Shown in pieces: positions 40,701 through 55,589 of a DNA stretch of 64,000 nucleotides. The stretch lies in assembly GCA_040954595.2 (NCBI GenBank), contig CM082580.2, positions 12,724,909-12,788,908 of the forward strand. Direction: 5' to 3'. Positions within the stretch are counted from its first letter, which is position 1. Each line of letters begins with the position of its first letter. A model generated the notes under the pieces. The model did no database searches. It was not told the origin of the DNA and was given only the letters and a program-made list of their open reading frames with translations. The translations under genes and the position numbers were made by a program. This DNA is from Balanoglossus misakiensis. Its lineage: Eukaryota > Animalia > Hemichordata.

Positions 40701-43106
40701 TACGTGCGTACGTGACTAGTCAGCCAGATTATTCTTGCGATATTCGTTTTCTTCTGAGAAATGATACCAAATTCTTAAAAAAGACCGAAATATTTTTCAA
40801 GACTTGTGAATTTGCCGATCCAGTGACAGGTCCTGTTGATTGAATACTAAATCAGCCCTGTCTGCAAACACCGGTGTTTCAGTTCTGTAATTACAGAAAC
40901 GGACATAGCAATTATCCAACTGCCGCATTTGTGTGCCGCAAACTCTGTCACGTGCCAGCAGTGATTACAGTTCTGAAATCTTCCCCGTTTTTACAAGCCC
41001 TGTAGCGGAGATCACTTCGCATAGCCTCTAACAGGAACAGATCGATCCGGGCCTGTCATGAAATTTATCGCAGTCAGCTATCACCGCGAACAACAACTCC
41101 GCATCTAAGTGATCAGCTACGTACTTGTCGTGCTCGTAAAATACTGCAATAAACCCGACAAAGATGCAACACGCAACACACTATACCTGTTTTTTATGAT
41201 ATATCCCTTCTCTCGCTTGCAAAGGCCTTTATCGATGTTTTGACTCATGTGAAACATTATCTCAGTATAATAAAAAAAAAACTAATAATACCAATGCCTT
41301 GTACAATCCGCCTTCCAACCTCATCTTAATCCTCTTACAAGTCAGCGTACTCACTCACTCACTGCAGGGAATAAATATCACCAACGCTTTTGCGGTGATC
41401 AAATTTTAAAAGCCCTTATTTTAAAATCCGAACTGAAAACAGTTTGAATGTCTTTTCTCTCTACACGAAAATGATAATGGCGTTTCGCTGTTTCTTAATC
41501 TCATCATTGTTTCCTACGTAAGTAGTGTAGAATACATCATTTCGACGTCTGGGCTGTGTGAGCCCAGGATCCCATAAGACGAGAAGTGAGATTGCGGAAG
41601 TAGTACTTTGTATAGATTTGGGGGGGGGGGATGAATTCTCCGTGCCGTACGTATCTGGTGAGCATGTATAGAGATGCTCTGTTCCCGGATGTAAAATTTG
41701 AGTCAAACATTTGCGCCTTTGGGACTAGTAAGCGACGTCAAGAAACTTCCGTGAACAGTTAAATATACATAAGTGTTGGTAGTTTAATGAACTATACTGT
41801 CAGATCTTACGTCATCGTTAGCCAGGGGACTGCCTACAGTATACCCGAATGATTGCTGATGGCTTCTGGGAAGTCAAATAAATTCACAAATTACCTAACT
41901 TTAATTGGCCGAGAGAAATTCCACCAGGAACAGTCATTTTAATCATAGACGGACACCTCCTTTGAGATTTGCGTTTGTTTAATAATAAAAAAATATCAGA
42001 GATATTTCACACAGCGTGTCCTTTGTAATATCCTCAGCTGTAAACGATTAATTTAAGAAAAACTCTCGTAACACACTTCATGGGCTTTTCTGTTGTAATA
42101 ATTCATCTTCGCTTGGAATGTTTTAACTTAGACGGCTGATAGCACATGTTAAGTTGACAGAATGTTTTCTATTTTCTCGAGATAAATAAATAATTTATGA
42201 CCAGGTTAAAAATGAATGTCGTTCTTGCGACCATAAAATAATAGGTTTCCTAAGGTTGTTCAAGTACATAAGTTCGGTGTTTCAACGTACGTGCACTACG
42301 CTTTTGTTAGTGGAACATGAATGCCATTCGGTTTTGAGTCACGGAATAGAAAAAATGTTCAAAAATGCTCGGAAATTACACCTATTGTCCCTGAAAGAAA
42401 GCGCGATAAATAGTCTGTGATATAGACGTCACGTCAACATTTTATGTTCAGAAGACGTTATGCGCCACACGTTGTGGGAAAGAAAGAAGAGAAAAAAATT
42501 AGGGAGACTTAGTGATGCCAAATAATAGCGCAAGAGGGAGCGATAGTAAACGGAGATAGCAGTCAACAGTCATTACACGGTATTCACGTGACACCTGTGG
42601 GGCAATTGATGCATTGGCGAATATGTCTGCCTCGGAATACAAAATAATATTAGTAAATAAGGCAGCGCGTAAAGCGACCTCCAATTCCATACTTTACGGC
42701 TTCCTTTACCATAAAACAAAATTGGGGATAATGTAATCCGTGTAAAAACGCGCTCTGAATGGAATTATGAAGCGTTGGATCCCGCCAAAACGTCTAAGCA
42801 CGGTAAGTTGTGTCCTACCTTCGTGTCGTATGGTGTCATTCGCAGTCTGTATCCGCTCAAGACAGCGTCGTTTTCATTGACGTGTGTTAATGCCAAATTA
42901 ATGGCCGGTTTAATGGCCCAGGCCACGTAGTGTTCCTGTGTCGCCGAGGAGAAGGGAAAGAGAGCGGCGAAGTGGATATCGGTCTTGTCGGACGTCATGT
43001 TGTCCGCCTCTGGTCCCCCCTCGACGCCGTGGCGTGGGAAAGTCCAGCACAACATCACAGTGATGGCCACTAATAGCCAGCCGTAAAACACACGAAAAAC
43101 ATCCAT
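21996..43106 (-). CDS. GABBR2: GABA-B receptor subunit 2-like class C GPCR, isoform using the proximal first exon (about 1027 aa)
   Basis: Exons: 42819-43106, 33818-33955 ([26 protein letters not shown]), 33296-33466 ([21 protein letters not shown]), 32921-33022, 31567-31632, 31005-31196 (KYVWILPG), 30256-30483 ([17 protein letters not shown]), 29687-29747, 29142-29222, 28802-28952 (TM1), 28469-28601 ([13 protein letters not shown]), 26683-26790 ([13 protein letters not shown]), 25714-25836, 25014-25124, 24427-24651 ([22 protein letters not shown]), 23992-24156 (coiled coil), 22812-22959, 22560-22686, 21996-22461. Sum 3084 nt, in frame. No RSRR ER-retention motif was seen, favouring the R2 type over R1; exact orthology is not proven. 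Confidence 0.9.
22689..22718 (+). repeat. (GA)n microsatellite forming the polypyrimidine tract of a GABA-B receptor splice acceptor
   Basis: About 15 GA units immediately adjacent to the minus-strand CAG acceptor at 22687. Confidence 0.9.
24327..24418. mobile_element. Minimal MITE-like remnant with terminal inverted repeats
   Basis: Perfect 14-bp inverted repeat AAGGTAGTATTCGC (24329-24342) / GCGAATACTACCTT (24403-24416), overlapping TCAA and TTAA flanks. The same terminus recurs at 19556-19580. Confidence 0.55.
39028..39075. repeat. Short 11-bp tandem repeat (YCTTATAAGTT), about 3.5 copies
   Basis: CCTTATAAGTT TCTTATAAGTT CCTTATAAGTT TCTTAT.. seen directly. Confidence 0.8.
42819..43106 (-). 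CDS. GABBR2: GABA-B receptor proximal first coding exon (signal peptide plus start of Venus flytrap domain)
   Basis: accATGg start; [54 protein letters not shown]; AAG|GTAGG phase-0 donor; 288 nt. Confidence 0.9.
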
Positions 43107-44229
43107 GGTTGGTCTCGGTAAAGTCGCTGGTGAAAATCATCTATTCCCTGTACGACTATAGGAGCCAAGCAAGCGCGCATCTGTTGTGAAGATAGTCTCT
43201 GCACTTTTATGGTACACGCTGAGTTTCGTCGTTCTCTTCCGTCGCCACCGCACAATTTACAAACTATGCGCGTTTTCTAATCCACAGACGTAAAATGTAG
43301 GTTGTATGCTTGACATCCGCTCAAGAGTTTGTGTTCTACAACCCAAGGCTACTTTCAGTTGTGTGTGCGTGAACAGCTTTGTGGCCACAAGGACGAGGTG
43401 ACTTCTGAGCCTCCATGCAGAGAATGAGTAAGTCCATAGCATACAGTGCAGGTTTCGGTCGACAGAAGTTTCCTCCGAGAAATAGACTCTGTCACTGGAG
43501 TCGCCGGTCGACGTATTTCAGTCTGCACGACTAGACGTACACGTGGAAAAACGCGGCCGCGCTCACCTCGATGGTTTGAATTAAACGGCTAGGAGTTCAG
43601 TACGAAATTTAGAAAAAAAGGCCGAAGACTTCATAGGGAGTCATACGATCAACCGCAAAACCCGCGTGTCGCCGCAATTAAAATACACCATGTTGCTAAA
43701 ATAAACCAGCGAGAGAACTCTTCCAACACAGTGTCAATGCAACCATGCGGCTAACTGAGACAGTCGGAAAAAAAATCATTCCAAGATGCAGTGCGCCCCC
43801 ATCATGCACACCGCACATCAGACGGTATCAAATTGTACTGGGTGAGGCTGATCGTCATGGAAACCGAGTGAAGTTAGCATATAACGTACAGCAAACAGAA
43901 GGACAGAATCATCGCATGGATGGCCTTACAATAAGCGAACAACAGCGCAAAATAAAACCCTTAGCAATGACCTTTCACCCTTTGCTGTGACAAATATTCT
44001 CAGAGGACAACATCGTTTCCGTGTGCCATTTCATGGTCCATTGCCATCACATCTGCGTGTACACGATAAATATACATAGGAATGATGACGGATGACATTG
44101 TCTGAACAAAATCAATTGCCTTGTGTTTTGTTTCTGTTCATTATAACACAATATATCCTGGTTTTGAAATGTCAAGGCAGATGCCTCCGTCATCGCACAG
44201 TATCTATCTCTCCCTCTATATACTCTCCC

Positions 44230-44231
44230 CT

Positions 44232-44264
<33 letters not shown>
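44230..44264. repeat. Compound (CT)n/(CTAT)n microsatellite
   Basis: CTCTCTCTCTCTCTCTCTATCTATCTATCTATCTA seen directly. Confidence 0.85.
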
Positions 44265-44266
<2 letters not shown>

Positions 44267-47200
44267 AATCTGTCAACCTCTTTGTCTGCCTGTGTCCATT
44301 TGTCTGTTTGTTCTCCGCTCTCAGTCTATTTTTGCTTCTCGTGATAACCACGCCCTTTTGCATTTTGAAGTTTTAAACATGGCATCCCACTCAGTTCTCG
44401 ATTAATTTACTACATGCATAATTGTGCAGTGTCACTGCTTTTAAGAGGCACTAAATTACCACCACGGCATATGGCATTTACTTCACGAATTACCTTTCTA
44501 TTTACCATGTAACATTATTTGATCGTGCTGTAAGGAAGCTATAAATACACTTTAACAAATGTCGACATTTTAAACCACGTATCTCGTTGCATGAAAAATG
44601 GTTGACAGAATTTTTTTTATCCACCATCTAAAGTGTATCTAACATATTACAATCGTGTTCCCATGAAACGAACTGCCACACTTCTGAGCAAAAAATGGTC
44701 TGTCACGTTTGATATATCTGCTTCCAACAGTGAAAACATCTGCGGTTAGAAATACGACCGCTATATAAACATATACTTAGCCATAGTGAAATATCATGTA
44801 TGCAGGTCGTTTCAAGTAAATACATATACGTTGCTTAGAAAAGTCTCCAATTTTTGACAGATTCGAGTGGGTATTTATTTCGAAATTCCGGAAATATACC
44901 CTATCAAGTCCACGGTTCCATATTTCATGGCCTTCAGAGGCTACCATTTTTCAGTCTAGCAAACTTATAGCAATTTAATAGCTTAACAATAAAAAACATA
45001 TTGCAAAGGAATATTATATTAAAATTTATTGTCACAAACCTGTCACGCTAGTACCTGAATGATCAGCTTCGGCCAAAATATGCGACGGCTGTAAAAATGG
45101 TCAAGTGGCTTGTATAGTGTTAGGGCAGCTGTCAATAACTGGAGTGGAAGATCATCATCGCAAATCGTGTGCGACATACGACACACACATGTAGCATGGT
45201 TGAGCGAAGCCCAGTCACACAGGGCTAACGCACTGGGCATTGGAAGTTCCCTAAACATGCCAGGTCACGTACGTTCCGCAGATCCTAAATGCCAAGCATA
45301 CTGATAGTTTAAATGTCTGTAATGAATAACCGGGAAAAGTCAAACGAAAGAGGGCTCTCTATGAAACGAACGGCTAAGAAATATTGAGGTATTTCAGGTG
45401 TCAGGGCCAGACGACCATTTGTGATGGACATACAATTGACCGCGTAATTTACTCGACAATAATTTAGAGCTTAATGCGTACAACGCACGGACACAAAACA
45501 GCACGTGGACAGCCCTGTGAGATCTGTGTAGCGAGCTACTGTTCCATCTACTGGTGAAAGCGGTCATTGCATAATCTTATAAAAGCTAAACATGTTTGTG
45601 GAGTCATACACTTTTTGTCTCAAAAAGTTCTCAACAAGATTTCTGAAGACAAGTAACAGATGTCCCCATTTGCACTCGAACATTATATGAAAGACATGTG
45701 ATATCGGAATCTGATGACAATCTTAAAAAGTTAACAAAAGTTTAGCGGTATCAAGTTATAGTAACTATTTAACAGGTCACCTTATGTGTGCCATATGGGT
45801 GGTGACAAAAACCATTGCTATATACATGACAAGAGTTTGGCAATTATCTAGGCACCTCTTTTGATCTCAAATACCTTCCAATGTTTGCCATGGACATATG
45901 TAAATTGGAGGTGACCGTTTACCTTTAAACTTAAGTGACCGTATTTCGTCGTCACAGTCGTGTGCCTCGAAAAAAATGTTTAGAGACAAGGGTCTTAGTC
46001 GTGAAGCTGTTACAGTAGTAACGCTCGTTTTCATTTCAATGCCTATACTGCGGCCGACGTCGATTAAACCCAATTTCAATTCAACACGCACTGCATTCAT
46101 TGCTCATTTGGGTCCTCTAGACTCTAGTCATAGCGAAGTGAGACGTGCGTGACTTCTGGAACATAATCAACGGCTGGCGTTGTGGTTGGCCAAAATTAAA
46201 AAGAAATGACTGCTGCTTTTTATTAAATTGGTTTGGTTACAAACCGTTGTGCGTCTCTTCAATTACTGGGATGATACATGAGATTCCCATGCCCGGTGAT
46301 ATTGTTCACACGTCTCAACACACGCACATCACATCTGCTTAGTATCCATCATCTTGCGGTACATTCATATCGGCGTTTAAATTTCAACGTATAATTTGTC
46401 CGCTATTTAACCCCGTCAGACAAGACGTCACCAACTCCCAGTCAGTAAATTAAATAAAGCTCCGGCAATACCACCAAAAACGTTTTATCAAATCAATCTT
46501 TCTTTCTTTCTTTTCGCTGCAGTATGTTGGTCTAGCACAAGAGAGGGATTATCGACGGAAGGCTCGATAAGGCGGTGGAGTGGTCTATTCGCGGCTATTA
46601 AACTTTCAAGTATTCCTTTTCTGAGACGAACTAATCAACGATAAGCAATCTCGGCTAACTCTGATTCATCGCCGAGACGCAAATGACGCCGTTCTTTCCC
46701 GCTCAGATTTTACAAGTAGTTTCGGCACTCACATACAGATGAGATGCGAGCAGTCCACTATTCTACAAAAATCACTCCCTGAATTGGTGAATAATACAAC
46801 AGACGGAATGCTGTGATCCGAAATATCAGCATGCATTGTGCTCTTTCTTTCTCCCTTTGAATGTAACCGTCCTACTGCGCATGCGGCCAAGTCATACTCC
46901 ATCTGATTGATATGTAAACTTTAAGGTACACTAAGAGAGAGAGAGAGAAAGCATGAACTAGTTTATAGCTCTGTGTTATTTGCATTTTTAACTCATATTT
47001 CTCTTAAACCCGTTTTCTTATGTCGGTCCGCGCATTTGCCGATAGCTATCAGCATTGAATACCGAGAAATAATTATCAAAATACCTTGGGCATGAGCCCT
47101 GCAGATATTGATATGTGAAGTATCATGAACACGAATCAATAAAACATGGGCATACAATGCCATAGCTGACTACACGGGGGCAGTATATTCATAATCCATA

Positions 47201-50200
47201 ATCCGGTCTACCCGCAATTATGTCTATGGCTATTTTTAATCAGTTACTAATGACTACGACCTTATACGTTGATAATAGTTCATTGTCGCGGAGTCAACTT
47301 TGATTAGCCGTTTCACAAAGAATGACTGTTTGGCAGTCCCGGGTGATCTGCCCACTATAATTTCATAACCCATGCCCTCGCAGTGTTATTGGGATATTTG
47401 TAAAGGTTCGTTCCAGCTCCTTGGAGATCAATTAAAATTGGAGTCCATGCTCCTGTTGTATTTCTCGTCTAGACCCGTTTAAATGAAAACACAATTGTCA
47501 ATCGTGGCCCAGTTTCTGATCTATTTTGGGAAATTATGATTATATGGCGCACTGATCGTGTTCCAGGAAACAAACAACGTCATGTGTATTTTTGTAGTAC
47601 TGAGAAAGTAAACTACTTCACACTGAGCGAAAAACAAACTGGGCTTATTTTTCTGCAGGCACTGTATGAAAAGTCAAGACTAGCTAATTGACCGTTCTAT
47701 TTTTTCCAGTTTGACATAAAAATAAAATTCAAATAAGTAAATAAAGTAGATACACAAAATAAAGATGCCTAAAAAGCAAAACAATCACAGCTATATAGCC
47801 GAGCTTCAAAAAGCAGTTTGTACTTTCGTGCGATAAAGAAATCATGTCATGTTTAGTTCGAAACGAATTGACGTCTTAAAATCCAACGAAATGAGACTTT
47901 ATTGGAGCCTGGAGTCACATTGTACCGACACCGTGTACCTCCGACGTCCCGCGTCTAATAAAGAGTTATTGCTCTTTGCGACACACAGCATTCACGATGG
48001 GATACCCTGGATTGTATAACATCACACACTTAGTGACTGATCGCTCCCCTGTGCTACAGTGCCCCATATTCATACTCTTACAGCAACTGTAAGTTCATGT
48101 CCCAAATGCGTATACCACTCCTTGGGTTACCATCGTTCATCTGGGTATGAAATTCGTCCCATATGCATCACCGTGTACCGAAGGCGGTTATATTTGTCAT
48201 TTGTCTCATCACAGGAATCGAGTCAGCCCATATATTTCCGTTTCGTGAGTTATTGCTGTTGCGTGTTGAAATTGCTAAACGTGCTGTGAAACTGGTCTAT
48301 ACCGACTTAACAGTTCACCGCACAGACACATTGCATGGACGTTAACAATGACGAAATCCATATTTTCATGAGATTTGAACATTGAAAAATAAACCTGCTA
48401 TCTGTTTACGTGGAGGTCGTTATTATTAGCTGAAATCTGATCATGGCAGTTTGCGAGTGCAACTTCAAGTGTATCGTCGGAATTCGAGGCAAGCCCTGTT
48501 TACCAATTGCCCTCAGCGTGACTGCAGATGATTTCAAATTTCTTCCAGATCACTTCCTTCAATTTTTTTCTGCATGGCATGCGATGAAAAACAAAAAAGT
48601 TCACTTGGTCAATAGACCGTAATTTTACACTTTGTTTTTGAAGCCGACGACTTTGAAAAATGGCAAAAACTGTCAAGTTTGAGATTTTGTGTTTATTTTT
48701 AATAACATCGAGGTTATTTGTGCATTCCGTTTGCATACACCTTCAAAATATTTGACTATTAATGTGTTGTCGAAAAGTATATCTTATTTATGCCATGAGT
48801 TATCTTGCAAGGCGCTGAACTCTGACCCTTTCGGTCACACCTGCCCACCAATGTCCCGCGCGAATGTCCCGGAGACACAGAACAAAACTCTTCGAGTGAA
48901 TGTGGGAATCTTTCCTCTCGGTTTAAAGCTCCAGGTGTTCCATTTGAAATGCGAACCCGTCGTGGCATGAACAATAATTGTGTCTTGTGGCACTTATTCC
49001 AATTGGCCACATTTCAGCTGGCGTGAACACTTAACACTTTACCCTGGCGTATATATAGCCTGGCACTTTAACAAAGCACGTCTTCATGTTCAAGCGCGGT
49101 ATGCTGATACGAATGGCGATAATTGTTGCGGTGTGTATTAATGGTGATATGCAAGTAGTGACATGGATTCATCACGTATGTTTGAGTAGAATGGAACTTA
49201 TGTCGAGGTACGCCATGTAGAACAAAACATAACATGTATTAAAACCTTAGAATATTGAGAAAAAATACTAAAATTTAGAAGAAATGCACATCGAAATGGA
49301 TAATCTTGACAATTAAAAAACCTCTTTCCAGAAGATACAAGTGTTCCCGTCCAAACGATAATATTTCTGCGTATGCACATACATTGGCGCCACACGAATT
49401 GTTCGGATTATACTAGACGGTTTAGCTTGCTGACCGATATGATGCACATGACGACCTTGCGGTACGACACTTTTTGTCGTCCGCGAAACATATTGCTTGG
49501 CATACAGGCATAACTCTAATCAGAAAGTGATAAATGCGTAGCCCCCCGGTTATGAATTATTGTTGAAATATAATGACTACCGCGTGGTTTCCGCTACTCT
49601 CATTTTGATAAACCGGCGCCCAATGATATCTTTTGAAGTAGCTCCATTCCTTAATTGCCAGTTGCGTCTAAAGCAGAATGTAGATTTCCAATATTTAATG
49701 CGTTTTGCATAATGAATTAAGAAGCATATACATATATTTCTCCTCTGTCGTCACAGAGATTGTTAAGCATTGTTACTCTCGTTTTTTAAAAACTCGCTCC
49801 AATTTCAACAATTTCTCTGGTATTGAGGACATTAAGAAATATGAAATATAATCATCCATGCGTCTTACGAAGGGACACGTGTGTCCTATTTTTCTGGAAA
49901 ACGCCGCTGGGAATCATTACAAAGACAGGATTGTACATTAAACGGTCGTGTATCTGCCCTATGAGTTTATTTTCATGAAACACAATCTCTTCCCAAGCGA
50001 TGGTCCGGGCATGGTGAAAACATATAAGTACACATTATTTTATAGAAATATAGAACGCTTTGTAACTTCCTTTTTCGTGTCATTGGGATTACCGAGCATT
50101 TTGACGATTCTTACTGCCTCGTGTTTTTCGATATACATATTTGACAGTATCAGCCGTGTCCATGTTGACTTGTCCTGCCCATCAGTGACCTAGGAAACCA

Positions 50201-53200
50201 CATTTCAAATTTGTCGCTGTATTCCCAGCGCGTGTGCCCAACCAAATAGCAGTGATATTATCATCACGAAACTGTTCTTTAAACAGTATATGTCATTGCA
50301 GTTATTGTCACATAGCGAGGATTCAACAGACAGCATGTCACACGTGTGCACAATAATGTCTGTTTTTAAAATTGCTTCATATATGCGTCGCTTCACTTGA
50401 ACACAGAATAGTGCAGATGATTTATTGTATGAGGTGGCGGAGTTCATAAGAGGAGAGAGGAGACGACATGGACATTGACAGAGAATATTCTGTGCTGATT
50501 AATGGCGACAGAGTCTAATGCGCGATGAAGACTAACTAGGACACCTTTCGCCCTGTGGCGCATCTTGGGTCGTGACTACCAAGCCTCACCTGTCCAATGA
50601 ATGCAACAGCTGCCCTTGTGGTATGAATCTTGTAGTTAGGGACCCATCAGTCGTGGTCCACAAATCAGAGATTCTCTTGAATTTTTTTTGCTGATGATAA
50701 GGTTTCCGGTGGGTTGGAGGCGCGCAGCAAACAATTCCGTGAACTTTGCTCGCTCCCACGTGATCACCAGAATTTCGAAAAATTTGATAGAGTTCTTAGT
50801 AATCCGGTATAATACGTTCTTGGTCGAATCTAGAAAGCGATTCATTATGGATAATGAACAGGCAAAACTATCGCGACATTTTGATAATGCTTAAATCGAT
50901 TATTTATTTCATATTTCCAAATATGTGAGCCTCTTAGTCCCAGGATAGATTTGTAAAATGTAACCCCCTTCACTTTCGGACAGTTTTTTTTTTAAATGCG
51001 ACTCTACCCCGGATAAGCCTCTATCGTCCGCCCCACTTGTAAGAACTAAAAGCTCTGATCCCAATGGGCGGCTCATCATAGGATTACTTCGGGTCAGTGG
51101 AGTGATTCCTCGATATCCATCACAAACAGGGTAAAGCCGTGTGTTTCCCCAGTTGGTATCAAAACACGTCGACCAATCAACCCATGGTATACATACGCAG
51201 CTGCCGCATCACGACACGAATCTTTGTGCCGATTCATGTGACCTGATGAGTCGTACTGAGATGCGGATGCTGACAGTCCTTGCCTGCAAGTTTCTATGCT
51301 TCTATGTACCTCACCTCACCATGTCTCTGTGTCAATCATTGCCAGTTATTCAAGACGCGTGAGCACGTGTCTAAACTTTCCGCCAGGAGCTGTGACTGTT
51401 AATGTTTTGTTGACACCCATGCCACAGTGAGGTGTTGATTCACACGCACTCGTCGTGTTCAGTTCCACATCGTGTTCAGTTCCACATCGAATAAAACCTC
51501 TTTAGTCTTAAGCACCAAACCCCGAGAAAAAAAACTCCACATACTTTTGGAATATTGGTGAACCGTGAAACAAAATCCCCTATTTCAAAATAATCATGGT
51601 TAGCCCTCAGAGTCACGAATCTCGGTAACGTTCACAGCACTGCGTGACGTACTCGAAGCACATAATATTCAAAGACACTGCAGAGGGTATTAGCCAAGCT
51701 TGCAACTAAATTCCGAGCCGAGATGATTTCATTTAATGCCGCGCAGCATATGTTCCCTAGAGAAAGCAGAAACTAGCTCTGCACGGATTGCGTATTTTTA
51801 CTTTTGCATTTGACAGTCATGGCGGAAGCTTTCTCTCCGTCCATTACGCACGTTTTGCATATCCCAGGGCTCGAGCAGCTTTCCCGCGTCGGAATTGACG
51901 GGAATGACCCGTTGATATCGGATCATTTGTAGTTCATATCTTCAGACAAGCTGTTCAATTTTTCCGGTTCACGTGACGCGCAGAGGATTTTACGAGCGAT
52001 ATATACTCACCGCCGTGTATAATGATTGCCAGGAAATGGTTTGTTGCGGAAACGATTCGGAGTTTCTTTCTTTCTTTCATTTTTAACAACCTCCGCGCTC
52101 CATGACAGACCAATTCTTCTCAAACAACAGCTGGTATAAAACCATCTAAATATTTGAAACTTTTCTAAATAAAACCGCGCCGGTATTTTCAGTTCAGGAG
52201 TCCCCATGGGGGTATTAAATTGAGAGCTGACAAAGTCTTTTTCCCTTGTAACTTTTACGGTCACTGGGTACCGACTCATTCAGGAACGTTTTATATGCAC
52301 CATAAAATATCAATACCTTCATATTATACCTGCAGAAGGCAAAACTGTCGTCATGGTGACAGTGGTACGAATTCAATCTGACACGCCTACAATAAGTTGA
52401 GGCGCACACTTTAATCATTGGACGGGTAGCACTCAACCGAAAATGTGACATTTTGGAAAAGAAAGAAAATTGAGAGGGGAATAAGTAAACTACTCTTGTA
52501 ACACGCTATAGATGCGATTCAATGCTGCCTTTGTTGACCGATAGCAGTTGAGCTCGCGGAAGTTTCCGGTGACGTGGAAATGAAGGTCCCAGATCGCAAA
52601 CAACATTTTCCCTTCCCTAAGACAATACGCGCGCGGATTAGGAATTCAAATCTTCCCGATTGATGCCAGTTCCTGAGTAGCTTATTCTCGTTAAGGGGGA
52701 AAGTAAACTAGATTGCGCCTGTTAAGCAGCTGTTTTAGTTGAACAGTTAATGACGCATGTACGACTTTATAAAAAAACACGTCTTTGGAGAAATCAGATG
52801 GTGGTGGAGATTTCAATTGCAAATCGTATGCAATTTCTACGACCTCGAGGTTTGCCTTACTGGCCGTTAAGAGCCCAGTGCAGGTGAACGTATGTACCCT
52901 TATATACGTTGTTACATGAAGTGTTTTATTGTGTCGTTGAATTTGCCATAGACAGACAGACTAGCCAATTGAACATAATGATTATGGTGTGCAGAAAAGG
53001 GGCACCCCGCTGAAATTACCATAAAACAAGGCAAAATATAAGAAGAAAATGAAAAAGTCAGCAGGCGGATATTACTCATCGTGATGGCCGCCATTAAACA
53101 AGAACAAAAATTGTTATTAATGTTTGAAATCAGATCTCCTCAGCGTAGAACTCTAATTGTTTCCTGGGGCAGTTATTTTAAAATAATCGTCGTCGGAAAA

Positions 53201-55589
53201 GCTTATTACCATCTTACATAAGGCAATAGAAACGGTACAGGTCATCGGTGGAGATGGACTCCGAGACATTATAAGTCAGAACGATATGCAAAGTGGTTGT
53301 ATTTCAGACTAAATGGATACCAATTCATCAATGCAATGCTTTAGTTTCAAACAGTCATTTTCTGATTAACCTTTACAATCGTGCTCTGAATGGAATCTAT
53401 ATATCCTTGGGAGTAGTTTTGGTCATTGATTGAGTGTAATAAGACGCCGCGTAGTTTCATTCTTCTTATATTTGCGACAACCATTGGTGAGATTTTGAAA
53501 CCGGCGAAGAAGAAAGGGCGATACATTTGTCATTTTTGCAAAATGTCGTTTTCGCCACAGCTCTCCACAATAAGCCGCGTTTACTATGATTTCTTATTAA
53601 GCCCTATTATATTTCAAAAAGCGATTTGTATATTCGTGAACCCCATGCCAGTAAACCCACCCTGGGTCATCCGCTGTCAGTTTCAGTCTTCTTTCCAGGG
53701 AGAGCGTTTGACGCAACGCATCCCAGAGTTCACCATTTGACAACATATGCACTCATGATCATCATGGGAGTTTCCAGAAATCGCGCGATTTGCCGAAAGT
53801 CCGCCACCCGGCAGGTTTCCGTCAATATTGATAATACAGCGTGACATAACAGCCGATAATGGACGCAAATGCACTTTTTATACGGCCCACCTTTCTGTCC
53901 ATTACCGGGGCTTTTATCGCCACCCCTGTTGTGCCAAAACCCAGACTCCAACATATGGACATTATCACCTTTTGCAGTAACATGACGCTGTGTAATTCAA
54001 TCGGAAAAATCAAAACATTGCTAACCAGATTGCACTTTGCTGCAACTCTCATAGTGCTATATCCGTGTTTTCTTTACGTGCAAACTGGTGTTTTCTCAAG
54101 TTAAACTTCGCCCTGCATCTGGCTCACAGCTATCGCATAAAAAGGGCGATACTTTTACAGTTGAATTGTTTTTCCAAATAAGGTATCTGGGGTGGGGCGT
54201 ACACGATGCCCATGAGGAGTCTATGTACACACACCAAATGGTGTAAAACTGCGATGAAAATGTGGTTGACGTTTGGTTAAAAATAGACTGCTACGCACAG
54301 ATTAATGACAGGTCATGAATACCATTTAGGGAACAAAGCGTCGCCAGAGCACCCGGTAAAAGGAATAATTAGGGCGTTATAGATATTTTAAATTTCCACA
54401 TCTATATTACATATTACAAAAATCAGAATGGTGTCCGTGATAATACACAGAATGAATTTTGCATTCTCTTGCCAAGAGACAACATTTGTTTGAGATCCAC
54501 ATCATGCGTGGTGGATGACACGGTAGATAGGCAGTGGCGTTGTTTTGTTTTGTTTTAATCAATTAGAGCTGTCAAGTGAACATGTGGGTAGCATTGTAAT
54601 TACCTTGCACGACAAGCGACAGCCTGCAAATAATAATAACATGTAAATGTGTCACACCTACATTCAATGTCAACTCATGGTCGCGGAGTGCTGAACCTAT
54701 CTGAGTGACAGTGAATTTGAAAACAATCCCCTCGAAAAGAAAATGATACGCGCAGGACTGAAACTGATTCAGAGCAAATCAAAAAGATATTTGCGTTTTT
54801 TTTATTCGTCTTCGTTTGCAACGTCGCCAATATGACATGAATGATGAACCCAGTGGTATTGTTGCGAAAATGAACACGCTACACAAAATATGGGCTACGC
54901 GGGAAGCTGTGCGTATCTGCCCGTTAGATGGTGATTGATTGGACTACATTAAAGCAAACTGCATGTAAAAAAACACCACAGCAGTCTTCCTTTTGTGGAC
55001 TTCAGTAGACACGCCAATTTCTGTGCAATAAACTCACGTCAATACACCGTATCGCAACAGCTTTGTTTGCCCAGCAGTTCATGTAAGGACATCATGGGTG
55101 TGAAAAAAAAATTTAAACATTTCATTTACGACTTGCGCCTTCGATTCGATTGTAACAAGTCAGCCGTCATATGTCAGAATGTACACCTTTGAACTGAATT
55201 CATCTGAGAAGTTAGCTTACAGGAGTATTAAGCTTACTTGGGTTCCTTTTATTTTTACTTCATTGAATAAATGAGTAAATCGCTTAAATGGGGGCGCGAG
55301 GGAGACTCCTGCGTTTTTACTCAAATCGTTGCAACTGCCCCATAGGATTATCAATAGCACCACCGCTTATGGGAAGCATTAAAACACGTTTAACCCATGC
55401 CGTGAATCAAGACTTGCGATCACACGAATGCGTAACTCAACTAGGGATCATAGGACACAATAATAATTCAGATCTATCATAGTGATAAGTATAATTGATG
55501 GTATTATGGACCGGCTTCAGGACTCTTTGGCCTGCTGATTTATCCTTTGATCCCGAACAATATAAATCTGATATCCCCCGGTCGCTTAC

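Noticed and set aside
45495-45515. RE1/NRSE-like CAGCACGTGGACAGC upstream of the proximal receptor exon
   Set aside because: Half-site spacing is one base short of the canonical motif and the left half mismatches; it is equally explained as an E-box.
51453-51487. 17-bp direct duplication TCGTGTTCAGTTCCACA x2
   Set aside because: Simple local duplication with no associated structure.
34000-55500. Many short ORFs in the receptor's first introns as possible third first exons or nested genes
   Set aside because: Apart from exon 42819-43106, none shows a signal peptide plus HFAALFP-like motif or any recognisable domain; lengths are as expected by chance.
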